Of a stretch of DNA of 64,000 bases, positions 38,010 to 52,391 are shown piece by piece. The position numbers and the translations under genes are program-made. Each line of letters opens with the position of its first letter. Positions within the stretch are counted from its first letter, which is position 1. The DNA comes from Basidiobolus meristosporus CBS 931.73 (taxonomy: Eukaryota; Fungi; Basidiobolomycota): contig MCFE01000007.1 of assembly GCA_002104905.1 (NCBI GenBank), positions 203,060-267,059 of the forward strand, given 5' to 3'. The notes under the pieces are model-generated. The model was not told the origin of the DNA. It searched no databases and saw only the letters and a program-made list of their open reading frames with translations.

Positions 38010-41000
38010 TGGGATTATTACAGCACTACTGGGATGTTTGGCCAGGTTGGCAAGTATTTATATGAGTCAGTTCATTTGGTATGTATGTGGGGGTAGATTT
38101 CCATGCATTGTGCATAAGTAGAGAACGCACGCCTAGAGTTACACAATGCTCCCCACCGCTAAATATAATGGTGAAAACTTCAAGGATATGTATTTTGCTG
38201 ATACCGGAATTTAGGGCTATGGCTCGTAATGTTGCCTCATCTCAACAAGATAATCCGCATTTGCACCAAAGTAGGATTGCAGAGGATCATCTAAATCTAA
38301 TTCAATATAACCAGCGGACGTCGAAGCACGGTAGAAGTAGAACTTTTGAGCTCAGGCATTGGCCAGTGGTATCCCTGTCCGGATACAACGTCATGGTGGT
38401 TGGATGAGTCACGAAGATCCCTTTGTGTTTGTTGCGAGGCTAATGTAGTTAACCCCTAGTGCTTGCTTTAGGATCCCCTGAAATTCAATCATGGCATTCT
38501 TCGAGATTTCCCGTACAATGCATAAATTTTCTCACCAATGGAAGCCAGGTGTATATTATCTTATAACATGAATTCTTTTAAAGGCTGGTTGATTTGATGC
38601 CAAGAAGCCTTACCAGGAGTTAGTAGAGAAGTCAGTTACTGAGGCACTAGTAAAGGGGACATCCCACGCCCACCATTTGGAGGGGTTCCAATTCTATGTG
38701 AGCTGTCGTAAGAGGGTGGGTAGCAGCTCACAAAAAAAGGAAGTGTATTATCAGTACCTGCCTGTGGAATGTAGGTGTTTCATTTCCTGGAGTGTCATCA
38801 TCCTTATATCCGATAGAGAGCAGCGACAGTCAATAGTGCCTAAATCAGCCTCAACCTTGGGCCAGTACTCCCCTAGCGCCTCATTAAATGCTTGGCTCTG
38901 GACATCCCATTGGCATTGCGCATTAGAAAATATACCAGCCACTGTAGGAGTAGGATGACTTGTTGGATGTACGGATTATTCGATAATGCCTGTTTATCAC
39001 TCACAATAAGGTATTATTTCCCAATTATTCATGGAGTGGGTTTGAAAACTAAGCATTATGAATCATGATATGGATTATATTTTAACACCTTTGAAATCGG
39101 TATCTCCTCTTTCAAGAATATGTAGATAGCTAGATGAATCATGATCTCAAGTCGGATGTGTGTACTTATTGCTAAATAAAGGATGTATGAATGGAGCTCC
39201 ATATCCTTACCTAATTATTTGTTCCATGATTTTGAAGCAATCAGCAAAGTACTCCCGCTGCATAGGTAGCTTTTTTTGTTTCAACTAATTGGGACAGCCA
39301 GATATTAAAGGGATCGAACTTCACAGTAACAGTAAATACTTCACTCCAAGATGCTAACTTGTTTGCTGAGAATATTCTTTACCCGACTTGTATTCCAATC
39401 ATGTTTATAGGTTGTCATGATGAATATGCAAGGTTTTTCGGGCTTGTAACATGAGATAAAGCCAATCACCAGGTTTGTAGCATGCATGTGCACTATCATA
39501 ATATAATATTGACCTTAATCTCAAATCTGCACAAGCAGAGGGTGTGATTGAAGTCGATTATTACTGATAATTACATATTTACTCCTGGTGTCCTACAAGA
39601 GTTTCTCCATGCATTTCCTAAGCTATAGGATGGCTTTGCTCTTTAGAGGGGTGAAAGTTGCAGCTGGAATGCAGATGCATCTCAGAGTACTCCAAAATGG
39701 GTGGCTTTCACCCAAAAGTGAGTAGATTGAATATAGCACTTGTACTTCCAAATGATCTTTGTAAAAACAGTATGATATAAATACTTTGAGGAAAGCCCCA
39801 GAAATCTGTGCGCAAAGCCAGTTTCATTAGGGTGTATTTGATTTTCCTACTCCTTACAGCTTGACAACCTCAACCCTTTCATCTTGCCTTTAAATTTTAA
39901 TAAATACGTCGTGGGGCTGTAAGCTTCTAGTGCCTGTGTACAACATACCGGATATTTTGGAAAACTTTGAGAATCCTTGTGCTCAGAGTACCTGAGATGT
40001 TGGGGAAGACATTAATTTAGTAAGTTGTGATAAAGAACTTAGCCAAGAAACAAAGCTCATGAGCTTGCATCAAAGTGACTAGTCTAATACTACAATCATG
40101 GTATAAACGTGAAATATACAAAATACATTACATTCAAACAGCTATATATGAGCATCATATTATATGAAGTATTTGTCTCATCCAATGAGAGACAGTAATT
40201 ACTCGGTCAGAAAGTATTCCCAATCGCCAAAAAGCAGAATTTAGGCTAAGGGCTTCCCATCTTCATTCTGGAACAGATTAAGATATGTAACTTACATATA
40301 TACGAATAGTATCAAGCGTTAACAGTCAGATACTCTGCACATCCATTCATTTTCATTTAAAAATCAACTAGGCTCGGCATAGCATCCCCCTATGATTCTG
40401 TTGAGAGAGTGGTAAGAGCTTCTATATGATGTTTTTCAGCAAACGCCATACTTATTCAGAGATTTGCCCTGCCATCAGAATGAGAATGATACGATCTCAA
40501 CACAAAATAGCAGTGTGTTTGCAACATTGCTTACAGCTATAAAACTATGCACATACCTGGTTGCGAGTAAGTTTACTATACTTGTGGTGGAATGCTTCAT
40601 TTCCTATATCCGTTTTTGGTTTGCAATCATTCGGTAGTTAGTCGAAGCAGGGGGATTACATAAGTGCACATTCTACACCGACCCCCAATAACCGAAACTA
40701 CTGCCATTAAATCGAGTGGGGGTAGGGCAAAGGCTTGAGGCTGGTGTTCAGCTCGACTACACAGAGTGTCTTCCCAGTAGCATGATTCAACATCATCAGT
40801 GGTATATATTCAGTGAGACCTTCACCTGGTTGAGCCAAAGCCATAATAATATCCTGTACCATTAATGCAATTATGAAGTGTAGAGCCCATATCAAAATTC
40901 ACCCCCAACACCACATGTAGACCAAACCGTCATATTTTGCCCAGGAATAATCCAAATTCCCGCTGATGATATCAGATGAGTTCGATTATCAGATGACTGA

Positions 41001-41806
41001 GTAATGGGCAATGGATGGTGAATGTTGATGACCAGGGTTTAGGGCCAAATTTGGGGCCGGGAAAATCCTGTCGAACCCCGTGGTCGATGTTCGAAATGGA
41101 AGCTCAGCAAGGGAGGGGAACATGGCTCCAACCTAAGGATTCACATGATAGAGCGGATCCCTTACCGTCATTACTTTCTTCCTCTCCGTCATCAACAACC
41201 AAACCGCCCTTACCCCACCACAGCTAATACGTAGATCCGATGGAGATTGGTAGAAAAGCTTAAATGGGATTTAGTTCGATCCATCTGGCCAGGATTGGTC
41301 ATATGAGGGTGGTACGAATGGTGCTGACAGCCAGTCAGTTGGGTGATTCTTATCAGATTAGCAGGTAGGTATATGGAGAGAGGATGAGTCGAATTTCTTA
41401 CCCAATTCCACCGTTCTAGAACCGGAGAAAGTGAGCTCACAGAAAGAAAATTCATCGCTATGTCGAGTAAGTTATCTGATTATCAGTTGGGAATTACTCC
41501 ATGGGTTGAACAAGCGGCTGGTGTAGCCTTAACCTTCATCCAACCGTTGTTGTGTTCTACGACAGTGATAGCCGACTGTGGTTGGGTGAAAGTGAAGTGG
41601 GAACAGACTAAATTGGTCCTGAATGATGGCTGATCAGTGTTATCTGATTATCCACATCAAACCTGAGCCATGGTGAACTGAAGAATACAAACCAAACTGG
41701 TTCAGTGTACCTACGATTGGGTTACGAGCATTGAAATTGGGATTTATTGGGATGATTGACAAATGAATGGGGGTTTCTAGAATTGGTGAAGGGCGTCGCG
41801 AATATA

Positions 41807-42342
41807 TTAGGCAAGGTTGTAGAGCACCATCAAAAGACCGGAAACAAGAGTAGCGGCCTGCACGGAGAGGGAGCTACCAGTATTGGACTTGGTGACGGGG
41901 TCATCCTTGTGAAGATCGTACCATTTACAGGTGGAAGGATAAAGCGTGGCATATTGCATCTGGTCATCACTGCTGCAAGAGCTCATGCACAGACCGGCGT
42001 CCTTCATGAATGTCATACGTCTTGGGCCTTGCTTGCATTCAAGCTCGAGGGAATTGATGAAATCAGAGCTCTTGGGATCCCTGGTGTATTCCGCCATGAG
42101 GCCCTTTCCAGCTTTCTACGAATACAAGGGTCAACAGGAGGGAAGCTGGGAAAGCAAATGGGCTAACTTACGATGTTACAATTTTCTATGCACTGAGGCA
42201 TGGGACTGACAGGATATGCACCACTGTAGTCGTAATCACCAGCAGTACTGTTGGTGGCAGGATGCTCGAAGCCACCCTTTTCGTCAGCAAGGGCCAAACC
42301 AGAGAAAGAGGCAAGAGCAACGAGGAGAGCAGCAAAACGCAT
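41807..42342 (-). CDS. Secreted, probably GPI-anchored Cys-containing protein (2 exons)
   Basis: MRFAALLVALASFSGLALA signal, intron after PQCIENCNI, six Cys, S/T-rich linker and hydrophobic C-terminus. Confidence 0.78.
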
Positions 42343-45300
42343 TTTAGAATATTACAAGGTGGATGTTGGTTTGAAGGCGCCGTATTTCGCTTATATACTG
42401 AACAGGGGCTCGCCTACGGATTCTGCTTGCCGAGTACCACCCAGTAGAGGATCAGAAAGTTCGGTGGGATTTTTGTAGAACAGTGAAGTTTTAGAAATCA
42501 CCCAAAATGGACCGTACACCTGCCGGGGTGAGGAAAGTTGGCCACAATCCTGGAGAAATTTTGCGTGTGGTTTGTCTATCGCTCAAGAGAGGCCGGATCT
42601 GATTGGGCATGGGAGAGGTGGCCAAAAATGGAAAGATCGAGATTGCAACAAGAAGAAGAAATATCTGATAAACTTATCAGATTTATCACTTTGGTAACAA
42701 TGTAGTGGTGAATGCCATGAGGGTATTCTCCGTCAAGTTAAGGTGTAACACAAATTTGTGCACGCCAATCATTTGTGAAACATCAAAATTTAGTATTATG
42801 TGAGATAGAGTTCTACAGCTTTCGAACGAACGCTAGCTATTCACCCGTTTAATCCGATTCACCATTCTTCCGTCAACCAACTCCACCGCAGATCGATTTC
42901 ATCTTCGATATACACTGGTATCTACTTTACTCTCATGAACCATGTCAGCCATTCTCAACCACTGGCAACTCTCATTAGATGTACCTGCTCGGCTAAAGCT
43001 GTAGTGGTCGGTCAGTAAGTGTGTGTGCCATTGAGCCCATATAAGTTAATGCCTGACTCCTCGCATATATCGTCAACAGGAAATGAATCTTTGTCGATCG
43101 ATTTTTAATTGGGGTGCTAGAATCTTGATATTATGCGTATCGAAGGAATTCCTAACTTTTGAATGTTTTATGATATCATGGTAGATGATTTCCTTTGTAT
43201 TAGGAGCACTAGATTATCGATTAACCACCTACTCATGATTAATTTATTCCGCTTAGAAAACGATTGAGGGTGCTAAATTGGATTAGTGATGGCTCGTCTT
43301 CAATTTTGTCTACACCTCAAAGCATCAAAGAATTGTAGTTAGAATATTATCTCGTAGTGTGGTTTGGGGACTTCCAAGGATTTACCAGAGCTCTGCAAAG
43401 GCTAGCGAAGTAGAATGCTCGTTGATATACTACTACTTGATGTGCATGGTGGAAGTTTCTTCAATAACACCCATTCCATATCAATAATGATTGAATGCAT
43501 TTCATCACTATCTAGATTTGTTGTCCAATGCACTATGATTGCAAATCATGTGCATGTAATACTTATGTATTGCACCTAAGCTCTGAAAATTTATCAGACA
43601 AAATCAGCTTTATCTGTATATACTATATTAATCAAATAACTCACTATATATGCACAGTTCTCCTAAACAAACACTCGAATACTGCCATCCTTATATGTCT
43701 ATATTAATACTACTTGTAAAGTCAGACAGTATTAGGAACTTCAAAACTAATAGTGCTACCACCGATTTAAAAAAATGCTCCTGGAGGCTGTGTACAGAGG
43801 TATGTTTATCAATTCTAAAGATCAGTAGATATCCAACAACTAAAGCAGAAGCCAATATTCAGTATTCCAACAGTTTAGTAAATTGTAATACAATAACTTC
43901 GATGCCAAGCTAAATTATTTCACCAGCGGCTTCATAGCCCTCGCCCTAGCTCAAACTATACCCAGCCATTATTCAGTATAAATTAAAGACCTGTAAATGG
44001 TACTTGCCCTTTGCATTTATATGAGCTTCAAGTTAGTAAGTCATCTTATTTCATACTAATACACATTTTATGGGTTGATGCAACACATAATGGACAGGAG
44101 TGTTCCTCACTACTGCTGTCCAACCCGTATTGAGAGTAGTACAATATTTCACTTTTTCAGGTCATTCCGGTACAAACAAATAACCACACCATCAAAATAT
44201 ATATGCATACTCTGACCGAATGATTGAGCTTGAAGTTCTTTGGATTCTAAGAATCCTTTGGAATGTTGTCTAGTATTCTGGTTCTCAAATTCAATACTGA
44301 ATGATAAATTCCTAGAAGTTTCTGATGGATATCCTAGGAAAAATATCCTAAACCATGCTAAGCCTACAACTTCTATTAGAGTGTTGTATTTTATGAGACA
44401 GGTAGGCATTTAGCTACACAATCCATATACAATCTGCGAGTCCAACCTGAAGACCCGCCTTATCATACCGACACCCACAGGGTGGTGGGATTCCTAAGCT
44501 TCCTGAGACTCTCTCTAAAGCCGTCCCTAATCGCATCACTTTTCAGTCATCAACAGAGAACAGCCTCCAATATATGGTCGACTTTGGGATAATTTCAGGT
44601 TATCAAACAGTGCATGAGTACCAGTATGTTTGTATGTTGATACCACCATAGATGGCATCACTTGAGAGGAGATTTGATGGAGTGTATAGGGCGGGTTTCG
44701 ATTTCGCCACCTCCAAAGATTACGTTTCGGTACTAATCAAGGGATATGCCAAAGGGGAGAGGAAAGAAGGAGCTTCCACAAGGAAAATTTTCATAATTTG
44801 CACGTCGGATGAGTTAATCTGTCACCGACTCTGTGTATCTACGACCGCCAAACCATCTCAAATCCTAGGAAGGTGGGTACTCGCCCTTACGTATAGGTGT
44901 TCAACCGATTATCTGACTATCGAATTCCAAATTCCTATTTATGTAAAGGCTACTCAATCAGGAGGGAACTCCGGTGTGACCAGCTGTTGGCCTCATGATA
45001 TGCTACCCAATGGACCGCATGGAGTGGCCTCGCTTCAAGCAATCATGGCCAAAACACTTGAACCATACTGGGGTTAGGGAGGAGGGATTTTGGAGAGCAT
45101 TAGGAGACTGGACTGGTACCAAAGGCCGTTACACTCATCCCCTTTTTTAATTACCATTGCGTTTCTACTGCTGGTTCCAAAACAAGAACCGAACACATTG
45201 GTTACTTATGTCGTGCAACGGGTGGTGGTAGTGGTTGACCAAGTGATCAGTCAACATCGGCGATCGCCGTTGGTACATAGGGAGTGGAAGACTGATCGCT

Positions 45301-47693
45301 TGGATCGCTGACATCCTGCTGGGTCTGCCACCAGGACCAATATAGAGGTAGCTCGGAGGCATTTGCACACGGTCGAATCAAATGACTCTACCAGCAATGA
45401 TCCCCATGTCGCACAAGGGTATTTTGGGGCCAGTTGGACAACTAGTACACTCAATATGTATGTGGTTACCAGATCATATTGAACCTTGCTTGAGCTATAT
45501 CATCTTATTGGTTCCGCTAAATGTCCCAACCGCGTATTTTCATGTACCAAATCCAGACATGGATCATCCATGCTCGAACCAGGAAGCAAAGGAGGTTGAT
45601 GAGTAGCTCAAACAACTTCCAGCTGCGCAGTGGTAGCATAATGGCGTTGACTATATCGCTTTTGGGTCAGATGTTACAAAAGCGGTGGTGCCTAGCAGCC
45701 TCGAGGGCCCCATTCATTGAATGGATCTTGGGTGTCGAAAACAGCAAGTACATGTTCCGGCCGGGTTCCTCGAGAACGATACATCCCGACCCGCTCGCGG
45801 TAACGAAGCGTATCCAACACCAGGTCTAGGCTTGGGAAGCCTTTGTGAGGTTGTACAAGGTGATGCTAAGGGGTCTTTGGAATAGTCATTCGTCCAATCC
45901 ACAATTGGATGGTTTTGGCGGGTCAGTGATTGTCACAGGATATCCAATTTTCCAGGAGATTTCAAAAATTCTTCACAACCGGTTTGTTGAACCATCCTCT
46001 GGCGATCCATTGGGGGTAGGGATGATCTCTACCAAAAACACAGTGGAGGGTGCACGCCAAAGAATACCTGATTCTGCTTAATCTTACCGACAAGGTGGTC
46101 GGATTACTCGTAGGCCATTCAATGATTGGATCCTATTCAGAAGTTATTTGCTGTATCTCTCGCTTCATTGATAGATGCCTCCAGGTCGGATTTACCCATC
46201 CATACTGGCGCATATTTGGCTTCCATTTCGTAGCATCGCCACCTCATGAGGTCCCCGAATTCACCTCAAATCTACAACCACGCTTCCCTGTCGTTTTCAA
46301 GGGTTGGCGGGTTAAGCAAGCTCTCGAATACAGTAGTGAGGAGGAAGAAAATGTGTAGTAAACTGGCCATGAGCAATTGGATTTGAGCACACGACAATTA
46401 ATAATGAACAAAATTGCAAATCATCATTCTGGTTTCTGCCGCAATCAGTAATTTTAGCATGCGGCCGATCTTCAGCATTGACTGGTGTCCGCCGAAGTCA
46501 TTAGCGGCATCCCTTGGTTGTTGGGGATTCACACAGCCATTCTAGAACCACATGTAGCTATATTCCATTCACTTGTAAGCTAATACCTGCATCGGCTGGT
46601 TTTGATGGGGATCCCACTGTTGCTAGAAGCCACAGATGTACTGTGACCCAAAATTCCCTATTCCGAACTATGTCCGATGACTTCGGCTCGTAGTGGCGTT
46701 GTTGCGATGCACAGGTAATTTCCACGCCACTTTACCACTTCATCGCCCCTCAAGAGGCGCTGACTCCTCCCTTTTCGCCATGGTTTGAGCAGCCCATATA
46801 TAAGCGGTCCTGGAAGGCAGCATTCCGATATTGATATCACCGCTCCAATACCCCAGAGTGTCAACCTATTAGATATTACGTGGGGGTATGATGTGGCCAT
46901 AGGTGAGCTTCTTCTATGCAACATCCGCTTATGAAGTATCTAGCCCCTCCCCACCTTCGCGCAGCTCTGATGACACTCAAAGTGTATAAATATGTAAATA
47001 TCTGGGCCATTCGATGAACAATGTGGGGATTTTGGTAGAACATATCTAATAGGCCTGCTGCTCAAGCGTATGATGTGAAATCCCCTCTGTAGTCATGTTC
47101 CTAAATAATTCCAAGGTAGCCATCATAGAGTGCGTCTGATTCTTTCGGGTTGGGTAGAACTTGGTGATGCAAGCCATTCATCCAACTGAAAATAGTGCAT
47201 GGCAGCATGATCAATTTCATTGCGTCATTGCGTCGTCTCCACCAATCATCGTCTGTGGACAAGGGATGGTCGTGGGTGGGCAACCTATGGAGGCAGTTCA
47301 TAAATCAGGCTTTCGCAACATGGCTCTCCGAAGGAGATCACGATAGATTCCCAGGGATTCGTAGTTTCAACATTTCCTTTGGGGTCCATTCCCATGATTC
47401 AAGCTGCAACCTTCCACCGTGGAACTTATCGACGGTTACGGCGATGTCACGATTGGGTTAGGGTTTGGGTTTGATCCACCTGTAACAGTACCAATAAGGG
47501 CTGATTCAGCGAACTGACCAAGCGCTTATCCATCCATTGATGATATCATCAAGTTGATGTTTTTATTGCCGAGGGTGATGGCCATTTGTGAAATAGACTT
47601 GGTTGCAACTGGGAGCAAATCTGGAAATTGGAAATTTACACATAGAGCATATATATATACATGGATTAGAATTGGTACAAATTCGAGGACATC

Positions 47694-48719
47694 TCACTCA
47701 ATGTGATGGTAGGGAGGAGGGAGACAAACAACCACGGCGTCATCCTCTGGATTTCTGATTGCTGAATGATATGTGGGTGGAAGTTCGATTGTTTGATATT
47801 TAGGTAGCTGATCGAAATCTGGAGAGCCTATGAGAGAGACGATGGTGATGGGAATGTTCATCACAAAGGAATCCTTCCGGCCCTCAGAGGACTCCCAGCT
47901 GATTCGCATACTCAGCACATGAGATATCTCCACGAGCGGATTGAAGCAGCTGCAGCTTGCGCTTTCTGGTGCCTTCATGAGCAAGGTTTTCTCCTGCTCG
48001 TCGTTGCGGAAGGAGCTCGAGGTAATACTTAAACACTTCATGTATTCCGCCACCGAGAGCCTGGTTTGATCGTTCTTCGAAGGGATATGGAAGTGTGTAT
48101 ACTCCTTCAGTGTGCAGGTTATATTTGATACACTTACGCTATCGATGAGAGGCAGTGCGGACATTTGAACATCGAACTTCTCTCCAGGAATGTATTCAGA
48201 CGTTGGGAGGGTAACATTGCATGTAAGCTTGCCTTCAACTCCACCTTCCATTGTGTATTCACCGGTGAACTCTTGCTGGGTACTGGTAGCAGCGTTACGT
48301 TGTATCATGATGGGGACCTCCGATTTCAGGTCAGAATTGATGAACGGCGTCTCAACAATGGCCTTCAGCGAGTACTTGATTTTTCCATACTCCCCACAGA
48401 ATGACTCAGGGAGATCACTGGGAACTAGGAGTTCAAAGGGAAACGAGCGTTGGCCGGAGATGGGGGTGGCCTTCTCATGCTCGAAAAGAATGATTGTTTG
48501 ATCCACCAGGTCGCGGCGGGTCTTTTTTATGGAGGCGGGGAATTGCATCGACAGTTTTCCATTGAATTGAAGACTTAACCTCTTCGCCTTCAGGGTGGAG
48601 TTTGCGTTTATCACAACACTTCCACGAAGCGCCATTTGGGTCGTATCTTCGGCAGTGTAGAAGTTTGTGAATAGGGTATCTGTTTGCAGGGCGATCGTTA
48701 GCGTGGATGAGGAGAACAT
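47694..48719 (-). CDS. Alpha-arrestin (arrestin_N domain, PY motifs), paralog A
   Basis: Likely start MFSSS at 48719. LRGSVVI, FPFEL.VP.DLPES....YGKIKY.LKA, C-terminal LPKY/PPTY/PPPY. Confidence 0.88.
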   Translation of the reverse strand: MFSSSTLTIALQTDTLFTNFYTAEDTTQMALRGSVVINANSTLKAKRLSLQFNGKLSMQFPASIKKTRRDLVDQTIILFEHEKATPISGQRSFPFELLVPSDLPESFCGEYGKIKYSLKAIVETPFINSDLKSEVPIMIQRNAATSTQQEFTGEYTMEGGVEGKLTCNVTLPTSEYIPGEKFDVQMSALPLIDSVSVSNITCTLKEYTHFHIPSKNDQTRLSVAEYMKCLSITSSSFRNDEQEKTLLMKAPESASCSCFNPLVEISHVLSMRISWESSEGRKDSFVMNIPITIVSLIGSPDFDQLPKYQTIELPPTYHSAIRNPEDDAVVVCLPPPYHHIE

Positions 48720-51380
48720 GGTGCTGACGATAGTGTATGGTGCAACTGGAACGCTAGATGATGAATCAACGACTGATTGAAACCCAATACTGGTTGGCAG
48801 GCTTTTATACTTCGCAAATCCTCTTGCTTCAGACCCTGAATAATCATTCTCTGCATAGGATTGAGACATTTGATAAAGCAGTCCAAGTTTGTAAATTTCG
48901 ATGACCATATCTGCCACAGGGGTTTCCTTTTTAGTTAGGCAAAATCACTTCCCACCTTGATCTCCCCCAAACATCCATTCGATAACGTACAATCTACTTC
49001 AAGCATGGAACAGCATGATGCAATAGCTCTCGGGTATTACAAAGGGCGAGATAGCATCAAGGCTAAACCTTCATTCTGACACACTCCTGTGAAAGTGTCC
49101 CTCTGCTATGAGCGCTGCCTATCAACGGGCCTGTTAGACACCAGCAGTAGATAAGGTCCCGGTGGTGATGAAAGATACCAATCCTCCCTCAGGGCATTCA
49201 TTGCCTGAACCACGACTTGGCTCGAATGCCGTCTGTGATACGTAAGTAGTCCAATTGTTTCAATGGCCGCTGATCCACCGATCTCCCCTCCTTGGACTGA
49301 TTTTAATCTTCATGTGCGGTCCTAAACGTTTACAGGAAAGACGGATCTCCAAGATGCGAATCATGGATGGTGGAGCATTCATCGTCACATCAGTCGTTAC
49401 TGTCATGATTACTCAGTCCTGGAATCGAATCCACTATCATTTGATCGATACTACTGGGACCAAACCATATCCGCGGTCACCTAATTATGGATCGGGATGA
49501 TTAACAAATCTGGATAAGCTATTAATAGCAGGGGTTATCGGGAAATCGGGCGAATAGTGTCCCCTTGGGTCCTTTGGGATACAAATCTCTAGTGGTAGGT
49601 TAGGTGACCCTGACCCAGGGCTGTGGCGGCGGTGCTAATGGATTGATTGACAAGCTCCAGTACATCGAGTACCCACGTCCGCGAGCGCTCTGTATGGATG
49701 CCCGTGGATAGATAATATTGACATATCTTACGATGGAAGGAACGCAGGATGATGTCTACTTTCCCCTGATAAAGCTGCCCCTAACCAATTATAGGAATCC
49801 GTGGAATCCAATCTTGGGTAACATCTAATCGGCTAATGCCCCTCACTCCAATCTGAATTGGTACCGTTTGGATCGTAGTATGCTTAGCCTAAGGCGGCGT
49901 ACCATCCATAAAACAGACTGCACCTCTTGATAAGAGGCTACCCCTCTGAGTCACAACAAATGTTTGTATATGTTCTATTTTTAAACAAATATATCAAGTA
50001 CGTTAGTACTCAACCTCCGGCTGATAAGATGTGCTCAAGATAAGACAAGGCGAGATACCAAATACAAAGATTTCTTACACGTTCCCCGTCCATACTCCAT
50101 GACTTGCTACCGTCCATCGTCATCGAAGCACACATATTGGCGATTACTATTCTTGGCAGGAATCTCCTGAGCTTTGGACCGTAGGGATGAAGACCGAAGA
50201 TTTGCATGTCGGCTATCAGTTGGTAGATTGAGGGGCCGTGTCCTCGCTAGTCATCCCTGTACGTCTAATGGGTGTTTTCTAGCAGTGTTTCTTGGCAAAG
50301 GCGCTCTATTCGCCCCGCTCTGTTCAGCCACGGTTAAAGGCTCACTTCCTACGTGACTGCGGGGGCTGATCAGAACATATTGCAATTGTACTAGACCGCA
50401 CGGGAATAACATAAATGACAAGCTGAATGTTACGGGAACTGACTCGGGTGGACAGCACTGATAGCACACCAAAGCCAATAGCGTTAGGCCGTCTATCTCT
50501 GCGAAGCGTAGGGAAGAGATAGCGAAAGACCCAAACCTAAATTGACATTAAAGTGCTGAGCCGTATTTGGATTGATACGAAATCCACAACATTCCTACGG
50601 CCAATGGATTACGCACCTGGCCACCAACGGCCTAACTGATAAACAACCCTTTATCTGAATATCAGCAGAGTTGACTCCAACGATGGTCCCGTTGACAGTT
50701 ATGGTGGTCAGCTTGTTGGTGTAGGAATTGCTCTCGGCGAGGCTCCTAAGCCATAATACTCCCAGCTAATCGCAAGTCGGAGTTTGCAAGAGTGCCTAAG
50801 TTGGGCAGTAATCAGTTACCAAAATCATCCTTTGTGGAGTATCCGGTAGGTATCCAGCTTGCTGCCTTCTCATGAACAGTAGTGAGGATAATAGATTTGT
50901 CCACCGCGCAGAATCCAGTTGCATTAACTCTAATTGTATCCTATCAATCCAGAGGGGAAATAATCCCCCAATTTTATTGCCCAAAAACAACTGGGTAAAT
51001 GATAAATCAATGATCCATGGGATCATCGATTAGGAGGTTCTACCTGTTTTACTTCGCCATGACTGATTCCTACTTGGTTCAGATTCGGCATTCCACTAAG
51101 TATGCAGTGGGCGATCTATCCTTAATATTTCAATACCGGTTTATTCTAAATGGCTACTGAATACCACTGGTGAAAACAATATATCCCAACTATGATGAAG
51201 GCTTCCACCGTATTGGCAGCCCTAATACCAACCTCCCTAGCATCCCTGGTATCTTCTCCTAATGTGGTAAGTCAACTTGGGGACGGATTGCACGGGCGAC
51301 AATGATGGTATAAAAGAGGGTCACCATGGAGGTTCCAAGCAACTATTGTGCCAGTAGTCTTCCATTTGGAGAAGCTCATC

Positions 51381-52391
51381 ATGTTCTCATCATCCTCGCT
51401 AAATATCTTCCTTCAAAATAGTACTCTTTTCTCGAATCCTTACACGGACGAAGCTACACCATCAATAAGCCTGCGCGGTAGTGTTGCGTTGAACATCAAC
51501 TCGACACTGAAAATCAAGAAGCTTTACCTGCAGTTTAGTGGCAAACTATCCATGCAATTTCCCGGTACCATAAAGAAAACCCGCCGCGACATTATTGAGC
51601 TCGCAGTCTCGCTTCTTGAATATGACAAAGCTACCTCGATCTCTGGTCAACATACCTTTCCATTCGAACTCCTGGTGCCGAGCGACCTCCCTGAATCGCT
51701 GCATGGGGATTACGGAAAGATCAAATATACTCTAAAGGCCGTTGTTGAGACATCCTTCATCAACTTCGATCTGAAGACCGAAGTCCCCGTACAAGTCCTG
51801 CGTAATATCACCGCTCAACAGGAGCTCGCTAGTGAGTGCATGGTCGAGGATATCGCGCGTGACAGCCTCGCTTGCAAGGTCTCAATGCCAACATCGGAGT
51901 ATATTCCGGGAGAGAAATTCGACCTACAAGTATCTACGCTGCCGCTTGTGGATGGTGTGAATGTAAAAAATGCAACATGTACACTTAAAGAGCATACTCA
52001 CTTCCACATCCCATCGAAGACTGATCAATCCCGCGTGTACGTAGCGGAGTATAGCAAATGCCTAGACATCAAATCCAAGGCGCTCACTAACAACGAGCAA
52101 GTGAAGACGATCCTCCTGAAGGCCCCTGAAGATTCCGGCTACAGTTGCATCAATTCCTTCGTCGAAGTAACTCATGAGCTCGTAGTTCGTATCTACTGGG
52201 AGAAAGACACCGAGATGGATTGCATAACACTGAGCATCCCCATCAATATTATCACCCCTGTTGGTGAATACGAGTTTGATCAGCTCCCAACATATTGTAT
52301 GATCGAGTCTCCTCCACCGTACCATAAGCAATCTCGGTTCATAGAAGTCGAGACTGTAGCCATCTCTCTACCCCCCTCCTACGACCTCTAA
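51381..52391 (+). CDS. Alpha-arrestin, paralog B
   Basis: MFSSS start at 51381. Collinear with paralog A; LPTY/PPPY/PPSY. Confidence 0.88.
   Translation: MFSSSSLNIFLQNSTLFSNPYTDEATPSISLRGSVALNINSTLKIKKLYLQFSGKLSMQFPGTIKKTRRDIIELAVSLLEYDKATSISGQHTFPFELLVPSDLPESLHGDYGKIKYTLKAVVETSFINFDLKTEVPVQVLRNITAQQELASECMVEDIARDSLACKVSMPTSEYIPGEKFDLQVSTLPLVDGVNVKNATCTLKEHTHFHIPSKTDQSRVYVAEYSKCLDIKSKALTNNEQVKTILLKAPEDSGYSCINSFVEVTHELVVRIYWEKDTEMDCITLSIPINIITPVGEYEFDQLPTYCMIESPPPYHKQSRFIEVETVAISLPPSYDL

Noticed and set aside
36400-40600. AT-rich, CpG-poor intergenic stretches around the SSI gene as transposon fossils (also about 43400-44400)
   Set aside because: Composition is suggestive, but no terminal repeats or recognisable transposase or RT motifs were found.
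44500-46400. Stop-riddled protein-like frames (also 53400-54300)
   Set aside because: No assignable homology by eye; needs tBLASTx or a frameshift-aware search.
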